A stretch of DNA of 64,000 nt from Candidatus Falkowbacteria bacterium HGW-Falkowbacteria-1 (GCA_002840305.1 PHAI01000002.1:138707-202706); one strand, 5' to 3'; counted from the first letter of the stretch, positions 27,726 through 36,842 are shown. Numbers and translations: made by a program. Notes: generated by a model from the sequence alone, not told the origin.

Positions 27726-27754
27726 ATAATAACAAAAATTAATTTATAAAGCAA
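27726..27754 (-). promoter_or_regulatory. Promoter for the thrS leader
   Basis: On the minus strand: TTGCTT (27749-27754), 17 nt, TATTAT (27726-27731). Confidence 0.45.
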
Positions 27755-27769
27755 ATAAATATTATTAAA

Positions 27770-28891
27770 TTAATTTTTAATACAACGAACAGACGCTCCA
27801 ACTGCACGATCTGGATAATTTAAACTTGCATCAATGTCATAAAAATTAAAGCCTAGGGTTGTATGGGGCAAACCTGTTGACGTCCAAAATAGACCATGCA
27901 CCCCACCTCCGTTTATATAGCCATCATTTTGTTCCCTGTCACCAGCTGCTGGAAACTTAAGAGGAGAATTATAAGCGCCATAAAGATCATTTGATGTCCA
28001 TGTCAATCTTTCATCATCAAATTCAACATGAGTAGGGACTCTCCATCCCGTTGGACAAGGATTGTTTACTCCATCAACTCCTTGCCAAAGATTATCATTT
28101 TGAGGATCACGCCAATTATAAGGATCGGTTGAATTAAGTATAAACTTATCATGGCCAGGACTATCTGTAGAGCTTAAAATAAGAGTAGTTTCGCTTGTTC
28201 TTATTTGATGACCATCATCACCCCTGCCCCATTGAAATAAGTCACCATAACAATTAGAATCATCATAAGAAATACAAACTTGTGATGCACCTAAATTTCT
28301 ATCAAACCAACAATCATTTGTTTCAGTATTTAAAACGCTTCCATAGCTAACTTGAGATCCGTTATACATAAAGACAACGCTATCCCCACAAACCCAACCT
28401 AAACCACTATTAACACTAGCAATTATTCCACCCGGGGTCATCTGCTTTGTCCCTTCTGGCATATCTGATATTTGTTTGCCAGTGCAGAAGTCTATAGTAT
28501 AGCTAGCTCCATCATTTTGTGGAATATATACATAAGTATTAGATGCTTGACAGTCTCCATCAGCTGGAGTGGGAGCAGTAGAAATGTTGTACATAAACAC
28601 TTCTCCCGTAGAAGAAGAAACGATAGAACCGCTATTCCATTCATCTGAGGTAGGATATCTACCATTTTCGTTAAAAAATAACTCTAGAGCAGTAGAGACT
28701 TGTTTCATGTCAGCTACTCTCTTAGAGTCTCTGGCGTTTTGCCTGGCTTGTTGAAGAGCTACTACAGCTAAAGTGGCCAAGATGCCAATAATCGCTATGA
28801 CTACTAATAATTCTATTAGAGTGAAGCCACGTAAAAACGCTTCGCGTCCACGTGGCAAGGCTTTTTTGTTTTTAAATTTTCTTTTTAACAT
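27770..28891 (-). CDS. Type IV pilin-like protein fused to a C-terminal FISUMP (Fibrobacter succinogenes major paralogous) domain, ~373 aa
   Basis: Prepilin signal [22 protein letters not shown]|[21 protein letters not shown] with G-1, F+1 and E+5. C-terminal motifs are [42 protein letters not shown] and GASVRCIKN. The start is moved to M51 of the track ORF (cat 28889-28891). Confidence 0.8.
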   Translation of the reverse strand: MLKRKFKNKKALPRGREAFLRGFTLIELLVVIAIIGILATLAVVALQQARQNARDSKRVADMKQVSTALELFFNENGRYPTSDEWNSGSIVSSSTGEVFMYNISTAPTPADGDCQASNTYVYIPQNDGASYTIDFCTGKQISDMPEGTKQMTPGGIIASVNSGLGWVCGDSVVFMYNGSQVSYGSVLNTETNDCWFDRNLGASQVCISYDDSNCYGDLFQWGRGDDGHQIRTSETTLILSSTDSPGHDKFILNSTDPYNWRDPQNDNLWQGVDGVNNPCPTGWRVPTHVEFDDERLTWTSNDLYGAYNSPLKFPAAGDREQNDGYINGGGVHGLFWTSTGLPHTTLGFNFYDIDASLNYPDRAVGASVRCIKN

Positions 28892-28926
28892 AATATTATG
28901 TTTTAACTGTTTAAATATTTGCTCCC

Positions 28927-29043
28927 TTTTGTCATCTCGACCGAATGAGGAGCATAGCGACGAGTGAGTGGAGAGATCCATAATTAAGAGCTTTAGATCT
29001 CCCCGTTCGCCATCCACAGGATGGCTCAGTCGAGATGACAAAA
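28927..29043. repeat. GC-rich compound palindrome made of two divergent copies of a ~45-nt unit in inverted orientation
   Basis: Outer arms TTTTGTCATCTCGAC (28927-28941) / GTCGAGATGACAAAA (29029-29043) are perfect over 15 bp. Inner arms GGAGAGATC (28970-28978) / GATCTCCCC (28996-29004) also pair. There is an internal hairpin CCATCC-ACA-GGATGG (29011-29025). The GC content is locally far above the flanks. Confidence 0.85.
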
Positions 29044-29079
29044 GAAAAAAACCTAACAGCCCTAACAGTCCTAATATTA

Positions 29080-30096
29080 CTAATTAATCGTTCTCATTTG
29101 CCTACTAGCCTGAAGATCTAAAACTGTTTTTTTAAGTCCATTTTCCAAAGTAACGACCGGCATCCAACCAAGATCGTTTCTAATCTTATAAGTATCAGGA
29201 ATAAAAAGCTGAGACATAAAGAGTTTGCTTTGTTCAAAAACTATTTTTGATTTTGATCCAGTTATATCTATGATCTTTTTAGCTACATCATAAAGTTTAG
29301 TGTCTGTTTCACAGCCAACGTTATATGGACCAGAAGAATCAGAACGAATTACTTTAACGGCAGCATCTACTATATCGTCTACGTAACATAAAGATGATGA
29401 AAAATCTTGATCACCAAAAATAACTATGTCATCATTATTTAAGGCATTATTAACAAAATCTGGTAACATTTGATCATCTCTGAGCGCCATACGAGGACCA
29501 TAAGTTCTAAAGGCTCTGATTATTTTAGCGTCCAAATTAAAAACATCTCTATAGGTATTGACCATTGTTTCGGCAAACCTTTTTCCCTCATCATAGCAAG
29601 CTCTTTCACTTAAAAAATCAACCTTACCAATATAATCTTCTTTTATTTTTTCTTTGTTTGAATTATCTTGACGCAAACCATAAACAACAGAAGATGAAAA
29701 TTGTAAAAAACTAGCCTTATACTTTAACGCTATATCTAAAGCATTCTTTATAACATACGAATTAGATAAAATTATTTTTTCTTTGTTTTCAGTAAATTTT
29801 CTAGCAGACATCGGACAGGCTAAATTATAAACCTCTTGTATCCCCTGAAAAGAAATTTTAAATTTATCTAGCTCTTGAAGACTTTCAAGATCCAATTTCT
29901 GACTTATATCGTGATTTATAAAAACAAAATTAGGATTAGGAAGCAAATGCTCTATGTTTTTAGTATTACTACTAGAAAAATTATCAACGCAAATAACCTT
30001 GTTATCTTTTATTAATTCGTCACACAAATTAGAGCCTATAAATCCAGCTCCGCCTAAAATTAATATATTTTTTCTATCAAAAATTACTGGAGACAT
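29080..30096 (-). CDS. NAD-dependent sugar-nucleotide epimerase/dehydratase, UDP-glucuronate decarboxylase (UXS)-like
   Basis: [20 protein letters not shown] Rossmann motif and catalytic YDEGKRFAE (YxxxK). Confidence 0.8.
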   Translation of the reverse strand: MSPVIFDRKNILILGGAGFIGSNLCDELIKDNKVICVDNFSSSNTKNIEHLLPNPNFVFINHDISQKLDLESLQELDKFKISFQGIQEVYNLACPMSARKFTENKEKIILSNSYVIKNALDIALKYKASFLQFSSSVVYGLRQDNSNKEKIKEDYIGKVDFLSERACYDEGKRFAETMVNTYRDVFNLDAKIIRAFRTYGPRMALRDDQMLPDFVNNALNNDDIVIFGDQDFSSSLCYVDDIVDAAVKVIRSDSSGPYNVGCETDTKLYDVAKKIIDITGSKSKIVFEQSKLFMSQLFIPDTYKIRNDLGWMPVVTLENGLKKTVLDLQASRQMRTIN

Positions 30097-30140
30097 ATAA
30101 TAAAATAAATTTTAAATGCTATTTATAAAGTATTAACTCT

Positions 30141-30169
30141 ATTATACAGTTTTATTGTACAAAAATCAA
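30141..30169 (-). promoter_or_regulatory. Promoter for the UXS-like gene
   Basis: On the minus strand: TTGATT (30164-30169), 17 nt, TATAAT (30141-30146). Confidence 0.55.
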
Positions 30170-30214
30170 CATATTTCGTCTTGTACCACTGAATCAATAA
30201 TTCAAAATTACCGA

Positions 30215-32284
30215 CTAATTATAAGTTTCGATATAAGTAGCAGAAACGCCACCGGAGAATTTCTCATCTAAGGCATAAAAAGATTCAACTAACTCTCCCT
30301 TACCGTTAAAAGCTCTAACGTGCGGCGCTCCGCCCGACCCTGCGCCAAGTATTATTTCGTCCAAACCATTCTTATTTAGGTCGCCCACCGACAAATTAAC
30401 TCCATTTTTAAACTTCTCAGAATAAGCTAAAATCTTTTTCCTCTCCTTGCCAAGAGTGTCAAATATCTTGACCTCAGCTAATCTTCCTGGGCCGGGGGCA
30501 ACTATAATTTCTCTTTTGTTTTTAGTTTCATTTCCATAAATATCGGCTACGGCCACTTTTACTCCGCCACGAAAAGATTCTTCGTAAGCAAAAAATTGAC
30601 CTTTCAAATTAGCCTGATAATCAAAAACTCTAACGTGTGGTCCTCCACCTGGGCCAGCGCCAGTTATTATTTCGCCAAAACCATCACCATATAAATCACC
30701 AACGGCAACATTCACTCCGCCACGAAAATTTTGATCATAGGCAAAGAATTGACCTTTTAAATTACCACCCATATCAAATATTCTAACGTGAGGACCACCC
30801 CCCTGACCAGCTCCAGTTACAATCTCAGACATTCCATCACCATCCAAATCGCCAACGGAAACATTTACTCCGCCACGAAAATTTTGATCATAGGCAAAAA
30901 ATTGACTTTTTAAATTGCCACTAATATCAAATATTCTAACTTGAGGGCCACCACCTTGACCAGCACCAGTTACAATCTCTGATATACCATCACCATCCAA
31001 ATCTCCAATGGCCACATTTACTCCTCCGTGAAAATTGTCATCATAAACATTAAAACTACTAGAAACGACCCCTTTGCGATTAGTAAATTTTAGAGAATAT
31101 ATATTATCTTCTGACTGGTAAGATTTAACTTCAGATTGTGGATAAACAACAAATTTACCACTTAGATTTTCCCACTTTTCATCAGCCCATCTAATAGAGT
31201 TAAAAACATTAACCCTCCCGACGCCTAAGCTTTCAGAGTATCCAGGGTTCAAAAGATCAATATTGTCCGAACTTTTAAACAAAACTTCCTCCACCTCTTC
31301 CTTGCCAAGCTTAGGATTTACTTGCTTTATTAAACCGAGTGTCCCGCTAACCACTGCAGCTGCCATTGACGTTCCTGACCAATACCCAGTATATTCTGCG
31401 TAGTCTTTAGTTGCTAAATCATAGAAAGAACTTGAAAAAAAACTTACACCTGGAGCAGATATATCTACACATTTAAGACCATAAGATGAAAACGAAGCTT
31501 TTTGATCTAAGGTATCGACAGCCGAAACTCCAATTACTTCATTCTTGCCATCTTCGGAATCAAAACAAGCTGGATAACTTGGGTTTTTATTTAAATTAAA
31601 ATTACTATTACCAACAGCCGAAACAACCATCAGACCGGCTTTATGAGCTCTACCAATAGTGTCTTTAAATGCTTGATTATAAGTAGAGCCAGAGAAACTA
31701 AGATTAATAATGTCGGCACCATTATTTATGGCATAATCGATAGCTCGAATAACATCACTAATTTTGCCCTCTCCCCTATCATCCAACGACCTTAAGGCCA
31801 TTATTTTTGATCTATTTGCTATCCCACTTATTCCAATGTCATTATTAACAGTGGCCGCCACAATGCCAGCTATCATAGTTCCGTGATTCAAACCATCATC
31901 ATTAGCACTAGAAATCAATCTTGGTCTCGGATCGGAAGTATTTTCAACGAAATTCCAACCATAAATATCGTCTATAAAGCCATTATTATCGTCGTCTATA
32001 CCATTGTTACTAATTTCGGCTGAATTTTTCCAAATGTTTTTGATCAAATCTGGATGTTCAATGTCAATTCCAGAATCTATAATCGCAATAACAGGGACCT
32101 GTCCTCTAAGCGGATAGTCCCAAGAATAATTAACCCCTACTTTTTTCAAATACCATTGATTCTTATAATAAGGATCATCAGGTGATGAAAATTCTTGAGC
32201 ATTAGAAACATCAGCAATAAAAACAAATAAAAAAAATGCCAAGAAAAAGATTGCTATTTTTTTACTAGCGATAAATCTCGACAT
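30215..32284 (-). CDS. Secreted subtilisin-like (S8) serine protease with C-terminal FG-GAP/VCBS repeats (689 aa)
   Basis: Signal peptide, then the catalytic triad contexts IAIIDSGIDIEHPDL, NHGTMIAGIVAA and SGTSMAAAVVSG, then five or more GGVNVxVGDLDGDGxxEIVTGAGxGGGPHVRIFD units. Confidence 0.9.
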   Translation of the reverse strand: MSRFIASKKIAIFFLAFFLFVFIADVSNAQEFSSPDDPYYKNQWYLKKVGVNYSWDYPLRGQVPVIAIIDSGIDIEHPDLIKNIWKNSAEISNNGIDDDNNGFIDDIYGWNFVENTSDPRPRLISSANDDGLNHGTMIAGIVAATVNNDIGISGIANRSKIMALRSLDDRGEGKISDVIRAIDYAINNGADIINLSFSGSTYNQAFKDTIGRAHKAGLMVVSAVGNSNFNLNKNPSYPACFDSEDGKNEVIGVSAVDTLDQKASFSSYGLKCVDISAPGVSFFSSSFYDLATKDYAEYTGYWSGTSMAAAVVSGTLGLIKQVNPKLGKEEVEEVLFKSSDNIDLLNPGYSESLGVGRVNVFNSIRWADEKWENLSGKFVVYPQSEVKSYQSEDNIYSLKFTNRKGVVSSSFNVYDDNFHGGVNVAIGDLDGDGISEIVTGAGQGGGPQVRIFDISGNLKSQFFAYDQNFRGGVNVSVGDLDGDGMSEIVTGAGQGGGPHVRIFDMGGNLKGQFFAYDQNFRGGVNVAVGDLYGDGFGEIITGAGPGGGPHVRVFDYQANLKGQFFAYEESFRGGVKVAVADIYGNETKNKREIIVAPGPGRLAEVKIFDTLGKERKKILAYSEKFKNGVNLSVGDLNKNGLDEIILGAGSGGAPHVRAFNGKGELVESFYALDEKFSGGVSATYIETYN
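30230..31060 (-). repeat. Tandem ~153-nt (51-codon) intragenic repeats encoding FG-GAP units
   Basis: Three central units are near-identical at the DNA level, for example ...ccatcaccatccaaatc(g/t)cc... and ...ccgccacgaaaattttgatcataggcaaa. Flanking units are more diverged. Confidence 0.8.
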
Positions 32285-32319
32285 AATTTTTTAATTTTTG
32301 AAATAAGTTAAAATAAAAA

Positions 32320-32952
32320 CTATTTTTTATCTCCCTCTGAAGCTTTTTCGTCCTTCTTATCTTCTTGTTTGATTGCCTCTACCTTAGGAAGTTCGGCTGG
32401 AGTTTCAACCTTTTCTTCTCTTGGCTCAACTACGGTAATAACAGGATCGTTTGCATGGTTTAAAACCTTAATTTTTTCTGATATTTTTATATCTTTAACG
32501 TAAATAGCACCGCCCAATTCACTTAATACGGAAATATCAACGCTAACGTGATCAGTTAAATCACCAGGTAAACACTCGACTGACAGACTATCTATATTTT
32601 TTATTAACATTCCGCCCAACTCCTTAACCGCTTTAGACTCACCGACAAATTCCAAAGGAATATCGGTAGTAATAGTTTTTGCCATATCAACCTGATAAAA
32701 ATCAACATGAGTAATAAAACCTTTAACTGGATTTTTTTGAATATCCTTTACCAAAACGCTCTCCTTCTTGCCTTCAAGCTCTAGCTCGATCAAATTTGAT
32801 TCACCGGCCAAATTATAAACTTTTAAAAAATCATTTAATTTTAATTTCAAAGACTTACTCTCAACTCCCGAACCATAAATAACGGCAGCAACAAATTTTT
32901 TATCTAATTTTTCTTTTTTTTCTCTTGTCTCTGCCTTTAATTCAATTTTCAT
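32320..32952 (-). CDS. rplY: 50S ribosomal protein L25, long Ctc form
   Basis: MKIELKAETREKK...VAAVIYG...HVDFYQV, with an acidic/lysine-rich C-terminal tail. Confidence 0.85.
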   Translation of the reverse strand: MKIELKAETREKKEKLDKKFVAAVIYGSGVESKSLKLKLNDFLKVYNLAGESNLIELELEGKKESVLVKDIQKNPVKGFITHVDFYQVDMAKTITTDIPLEFVGESKAVKELGGMLIKNIDSLSVECLPGDLTDHVSVDISVLSELGGAIYVKDIKISEKIKVLNHANDPVITVVEPREEKVETPAELPKVEAIKQEDKKDEKASEGDKK

Positions 32953-33017
32953 ATATTTTAATTTTAAAAATAAAAGCGAATAATGATATTATTCTGAACT
33001 TTTAATTAATTTATAAT

Positions 33018-34118
33018 TTAAGATTTTGATCTGATTATGATATTTTGAATTATCCCTATCAAAACAAAATTAGCCAAAGTGGCGCTACCCCCATAGCTAA
33101 CAAACGGGAGAGAAATACCAACTACTGGCATTATCCCGATGTTCATACCAATATTAATAAACATTTCAATAAAAATCAAGACCATGGACCCTAAAATGAA
33201 AAAAATAGCAAAATCATCCTTTGTCTTTCTAAGTAAAAATAAAAATCTAGCAAATAAAACAAAATAAATAAACAAAACCAAAAAAGAACCTAAAAATCCT
33301 AATTCCTCAGAAATAACCGAAAAAATAAAATCATTTTGAGCTTCGGGCAAGAATTTTAATTGAGACTGAGAGCCAAAACCAACTCCTCGGCCAGTTAAAC
33401 TGCCAGAACCAACAGCAATCAGAGCCTGAGAAACATTATAGCCCTCACCCAACGAATCACTCGCTGGATTCAGAAATGTAAGTATTCTATTTTTTTGATA
33501 ATCTTTTAAATAGAAATTCCAAGACAAAAAAGCCAACAAAAAAGAAGGGATAATTATCAGAAGAAGATATTTTTTATCAAGACCAGCCAAAATTAATATT
33601 AAAAACCAAAGAGCAACCATAATCATCGCGGGACCAAAGTCAGGTTGAAGCAAAACCAAAAAAACCAACACAAACATTCCCAAAAATGATAAAATCAGAT
33701 TCTTAAAAGGCCGATTCTTGAAAGTAGAATTAGAAAAAAAATTAGCCAAAAAAACAATCAATATTATTTTGATAAACTCAACTGGTTGAAGGCTTAAACC
33801 AAAAACATCGAACCAACCAGTAGTACCCCTAATTGTCTTACCTAAAAATAGCACGGCGATCAATAGAATAACACCGAATATGTAAATATACTTATTAAGG
33901 CTTTTTATCAAGTTATAATCAACAAAAGAAGAAACAAAAAGCAATATAACACCAAAAACAACATAAAAAATCTGCTTTTTAAAGTTTATCAAACTTATTG
34001 TTTCTTGCCCCAAAGCAATACTATAAATTTCTATTAAACCAAAAAGTGACAATAAAAAAACTGCCGAAAAAATTATCCAATCAAATTTCAAAAAATGATC
34101 TTTGAGTCTATCGAACAT
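33018..34118 (-). CDS. FtsW/RodA/SpoVE-family peptidoglycan polymerase (SEDS)
   Basis: About 10 TM segments. KFLPEAQNDFIFSVISEELGF and PFVSYGGSA are SEDS hallmarks. Confidence 0.9.
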   Translation of the reverse strand: MFDRLKDHFLKFDWIIFSAVFLLSLFGLIEIYSIALGQETISLINFKKQIFYVVFGVILLFVSSFVDYNLIKSLNKYIYIFGVILLIAVLFLGKTIRGTTGWFDVFGLSLQPVEFIKIILIVFLANFFSNSTFKNRPFKNLILSFLGMFVLVFLVLLQPDFGPAMIMVALWFLILILAGLDKKYLLLIIIPSFLLAFLSWNFYLKDYQKNRILTFLNPASDSLGEGYNVSQALIAVGSGSLTGRGVGFGSQSQLKFLPEAQNDFIFSVISEELGFLGSFLVLFIYFVLFARFLFLLRKTKDDFAIFFILGSMVLIFIEMFINIGMNIGIMPVVGISLPFVSYGGSATLANFVLIGIIQNIIIRSKS

Positions 34119-34130
34119 AATTGATTAAGA

Positions 34131-34898
34131 TTAGTTAAAAATAAACTTAACTAAAACCATAAAAGCCAAACCAATAAATATACCAAACAACTGGCGAAGA
34201 GACTTCGATATTCCACATTCTTTTTTTAATTCAGGAATAAGATCAGAGGAGGCAATATAAATAAAACCACCGGCAGCAATAGGCACAATAAACCCAATAA
34301 AATTATCTGAATAAAAACTAAATGCCACCGCCAACACAGCGCCCAAAAGAGATGCTAGACCTGAAAAAAAATTAAACAACAATGCTTTTTTAACTGTATA
34401 TCCAGCATGAATCAAAACACCAAAATCACCTATTTCCTGCGGTATCTCATGGCTTATAACTGCAATGGTAGTAACAAGACCCAAGCGAATGTCAACCAAG
34501 AAGGCTCCCGCGATTATCATACCATCTATTAAATTATGAAGACCATCGCCAACCAAATTCATGACCCCCAGGGTGTGTACATGCTCACTCGAAGTAGGAA
34601 TATGACAATGTCGCCAATGAATTATTTTTTCTAAAACGAAAAAAATAACAATACCAGCCAAAACGCCAAACCAAACCGTTTCGTTATTAACGCTTCCACT
34701 GGCCATACTCTCCTCTAAAGCTTCTGGCAAAAGATGCAAAAAAGCATCCCCAAGAAGAGTGCCGGCAGACAAACTAACTAAAAACATTAAAATTTTCTGT
34801 AATTTTTTCACCGAAAAACCAAGAAAAAAAACACCAACAAGTGAAATAAGCGATGTAACAAAAGAGGCTACTACTATATACAAATAAATCATGCCCAT
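34131..34898 (-). CDS. ZIP-family divalent metal transporter
   Basis: Eight TM-like segments. SHEIPQEIGDFGVLI and the His-rich loop WRHCHIPTSSEHVH. Confidence 0.85.
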   Translation of the reverse strand: MGMIYLYIVVASFVTSLISLVGVFFLGFSVKKLQKILMFLVSLSAGTLLGDAFLHLLPEALEESMASGSVNNETVWFGVLAGIVIFFVLEKIIHWRHCHIPTSSEHVHTLGVMNLVGDGLHNLIDGMIIAGAFLVDIRLGLVTTIAVISHEIPQEIGDFGVLIHAGYTVKKALLFNFFSGLASLLGAVLAVAFSFYSDNFIGFIVPIAAGGFIYIASSDLIPELKKECGISKSLRQLFGIFIGLAFMVLVKFIFN

Positions 34899-34907
34899 AT
34901 TATTTTA

Positions 34908-35339
34908 TTATTTTATTTTCTTATTTTTTCTAATTTTAGGAAGCTCTGAATTCTTCTGCTTTGTTTTATTTTTCTTTTCATATTCAGATATAACCTTTCT
35001 CAAACCCTCTACCGCCAAAACTGAGCAGTGTACTTTTTGCCTGGGCAAACCCTCTAGTTCTTCAACTATTCTATTCCAATCAAAGTTTTTAGCGTCTTTT
35101 AATTTTTCACCTTTGACCATCTCAGTCATAACCGAAGCGGTGGCAATATTGGAAGCACAACCAAAAGACAAAAATTTTATGTCTTTTATTTTTTCGTCTT
35201 TTACTTTTAACGAAAAAAATAATTTATCACCGCAAACCATGTTGCCAACCTCTGCCGTAGCATCAGGATTTTTTATTTCACCGATATTTTTCGGATTACG
35301 AAAATTATCTAATGTTTTTTTACTATAATTTAATGACAT
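34908..35339 (-). CDS. Fe-S cluster assembly scaffold, IscU/NifU N-terminal-domain type
   Basis: NPKNIGEIKNPDATAEVGNMVCGDKL...FLSFGCASNIATAS...VHCSVLA carries the three conserved Cys. Confidence 0.9.
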   Translation of the reverse strand: MSLNYSKKTLDNFRNPKNIGEIKNPDATAEVGNMVCGDKLFFSLKVKDEKIKDIKFLSFGCASNIATASVMTEMVKGEKLKDAKNFDWNRIVEELEGLPRQKVHCSVLAVEGLRKVISEYEKKNKTKQKNSELPKIRKNKKIK

Positions 35340-35437
35340 ATATTTATCTCGCTATAACTACTCAAGTACAAAGTATCTCGATGTAAGTGGGGGCGAAAAT
35401 TATTGACTAATATTTTTATATATATTAACATGTAATT

Positions 35438-35672
35438 AACGAAGGATGAAAACGATTTTGATTTAAACAAAAATGGGCAAAAATCCAAGTTTAAATGCAA
35501 CTTAATCGTGAAGCTAGCTCAAAAAAATCTTAGGTTAAATAAACAAATTAAAGTTGTCAAAAAGTTGTCTTACATCATCGCTAGCTATCGATTTTCCAAT
35601 TTATTCATCGAACCCTGTTATAGGGTCGTACTCTTTCGTTATCATGGGGTTGCACAAGCAACCCCTTTTTTT
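35438..35672 (+). ncRNA. Candidate structured small RNA (~235 nt), class unknown
   Basis: Plus-strand promoter TTGACT (35403-35408), 17 nt, TAACAT (35426-35431). Strong plus-strand-only intrinsic terminator GGGGTTGC (35646-35653), ACAA, GCAACCCC (35658-35665), then T7. Internal helices include TAACGAAGG (35437-35445) / CTTTCGTTA (35633-35641) and AGCTAGC/GCTAGCT with AATCG/CGATT. Only stop-riddled mini-ORFs are present. Confidence 0.45.
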
Positions 35673-35675
35673 AAT

Positions 35676-36836
35676 TTAACTATGCTTTGCCGAACTAAAT
35701 TTTCTTAACCTATTAACTGTTTCAATTAATTTTTTGATTACATATTTAACTTCCATTTCGTTGTTATATCTACCAAATGTGAAACGAATATTGCTGTTCA
35801 TATATTCATCACTTACTCCAATTGCTTTAATGACCGAGGAAACCTTCAAATTTTGAGCCGAACAAGCTGAACCAGTAGAAACATAAATACCCTTAAGAGA
35901 CAAATCAATTAAAATTGCTTCCCCTTCGATACTCTCAAACATTATGTTTAAATTGTTTGGGGTTCTATCTCTCAAGGAGCCATTCAGCTTTATATTTTTT
36001 ATTTTTTTATTTAACTCTTTCCAAAAATAATTCCTTAAAAACTTAACCTTTTTTATATATTCTAATCTTTCCTTATAGCTTATCTTTAGCGCTTCAGTAA
36101 AACCAACAATTCCGGCCATGTTATAAGTACCCGATCTAAGACCATCCTCTTGTCCTCCGCCAACAATAATTGGTTTTATTTTTATCTTCTTATTAACGTA
36201 GGCCATGCCAACGCCCTGTGGACCATAAAATTTATGACCAGATAAACTCAAAAAATCAACTTGCCATTTTTTAATATCAATCTTCAAGTATGGCACAGAC
36301 TGAACAGCATCAGTATGAAAAAAAATATTTTTTGATTTGGCAATTTTTCCAATTTCAACTATTGGCTGGATTGTTCCGATTTCGTTATTGACTGTCATTA
36401 CAGAAATTAAAACGGTATCGGGACGAATTTTATTTTTTAACTCCTCCAAAATAACTACTCCGTTTTTATCAACAGGAATATAATCGAATTCAAAGCCTTC
36501 ATCAAGCAACTCCCTAGCCGAGGCTAAAACACAGGGGTGCTCTATAATTGAAATCAGAAAATGTTTTCCCTTGTCTTTATTGGCTCTCATTACACCTTTA
36601 ATTATCAAATTATTAGCTTCTGTAGCGCTTGAAGTAAAAACAATGTTATTTGCTTCCCCGTTTATAACTTTGGCAATTTCTTTTTTGCAAGCATTTATTT
36701 CCAAATCATTTTCTTGTCCTAAAAAATGAATAGAAGAAGCATTACCATACTTAGTTTCAAAATATGGCATCATTTTATTCAAAACTCTTTTATCTATTTT
36801 GGTTGTAGCAGCATTATCTAAATAAATGTTCTTCAT
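35676..36836 (-). CDS. Cysteine desulfurase, class I NifS/IscS-like
   Basis: IYLDNAATT, the PLP lysine context LSLSGHKFYGPQG, and the active-site loop STGSACS. Confidence 0.9.
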   Translation of the reverse strand: MKNIYLDNAATTKIDKRVLNKMMPYFETKYGNASSIHFLGQENDLEINACKKEIAKVINGEANNIVFTSSATEANNLIIKGVMRANKDKGKHFLISIIEHPCVLASARELLDEGFEFDYIPVDKNGVVILEELKNKIRPDTVLISVMTVNNEIGTIQPIVEIGKIAKSKNIFFHTDAVQSVPYLKIDIKKWQVDFLSLSGHKFYGPQGVGMAYVNKKIKIKPIIVGGGQEDGLRSGTYNMAGIVGFTEALKISYKERLEYIKKVKFLRNYFWKELNKKIKNIKLNGSLRDRTPNNLNIMFESIEGEAILIDLSLKGIYVSTGSACSAQNLKVSSVIKAIGVSDEYMNSNIRFTFGRYNNEMEVKYVIKKLIETVNRLRKFSSAKHS

Positions 36837-36842
36837 AAAAAA

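Noticed and set aside
27770-27950. The pilin C-terminus as a diversity-generating retroelement (DGR) variable region
   Set aside because: No reverse transcriptase gene is present, and I saw no template-repeat copy of the 3' end anywhere in the window. The ...SVRC ending is explained by the FISUMP domain itself.
28892-29041. A 50-codon N-terminal extension of the pilin ORF ([17 protein letters not shown]...)
   Set aside because: It is translated straight across the GC-rich palindrome. The prepilin leader begins at the internal Met (28891), the position that gives the expected short basic leader before G|FTLIEL.
29051-29072. A short tandem CCTAACAG-CCCTAACAG-TCCTAAT repeat as a possible CRISPR or telomere-like repeat
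   Set aside because: There are only about 2.5 copies with no spacers, and no cas genes are present. It is most likely incidental sequence flanking the palindrome.
35438-35672. Possibility that the candidate sRNA is tmRNA, RNase P RNA, SRP RNA or a tRNA
   Set aside because: I found no GGGG...tRNA-like acceptor/T-arm with CCA context, no GAGGAAAGUCC-type RNase P motif, no SRP domain IV motif and no cloverleaf. The class is left open.
35508-35708. A 66-aa plus-strand ORF in the nifS-iscU gap
   Set aside because: It starts at a GTG, reads through the strong terminator hairpin and into the nifS 3' end, and has odd composition. The region is better explained as a non-coding transcript.
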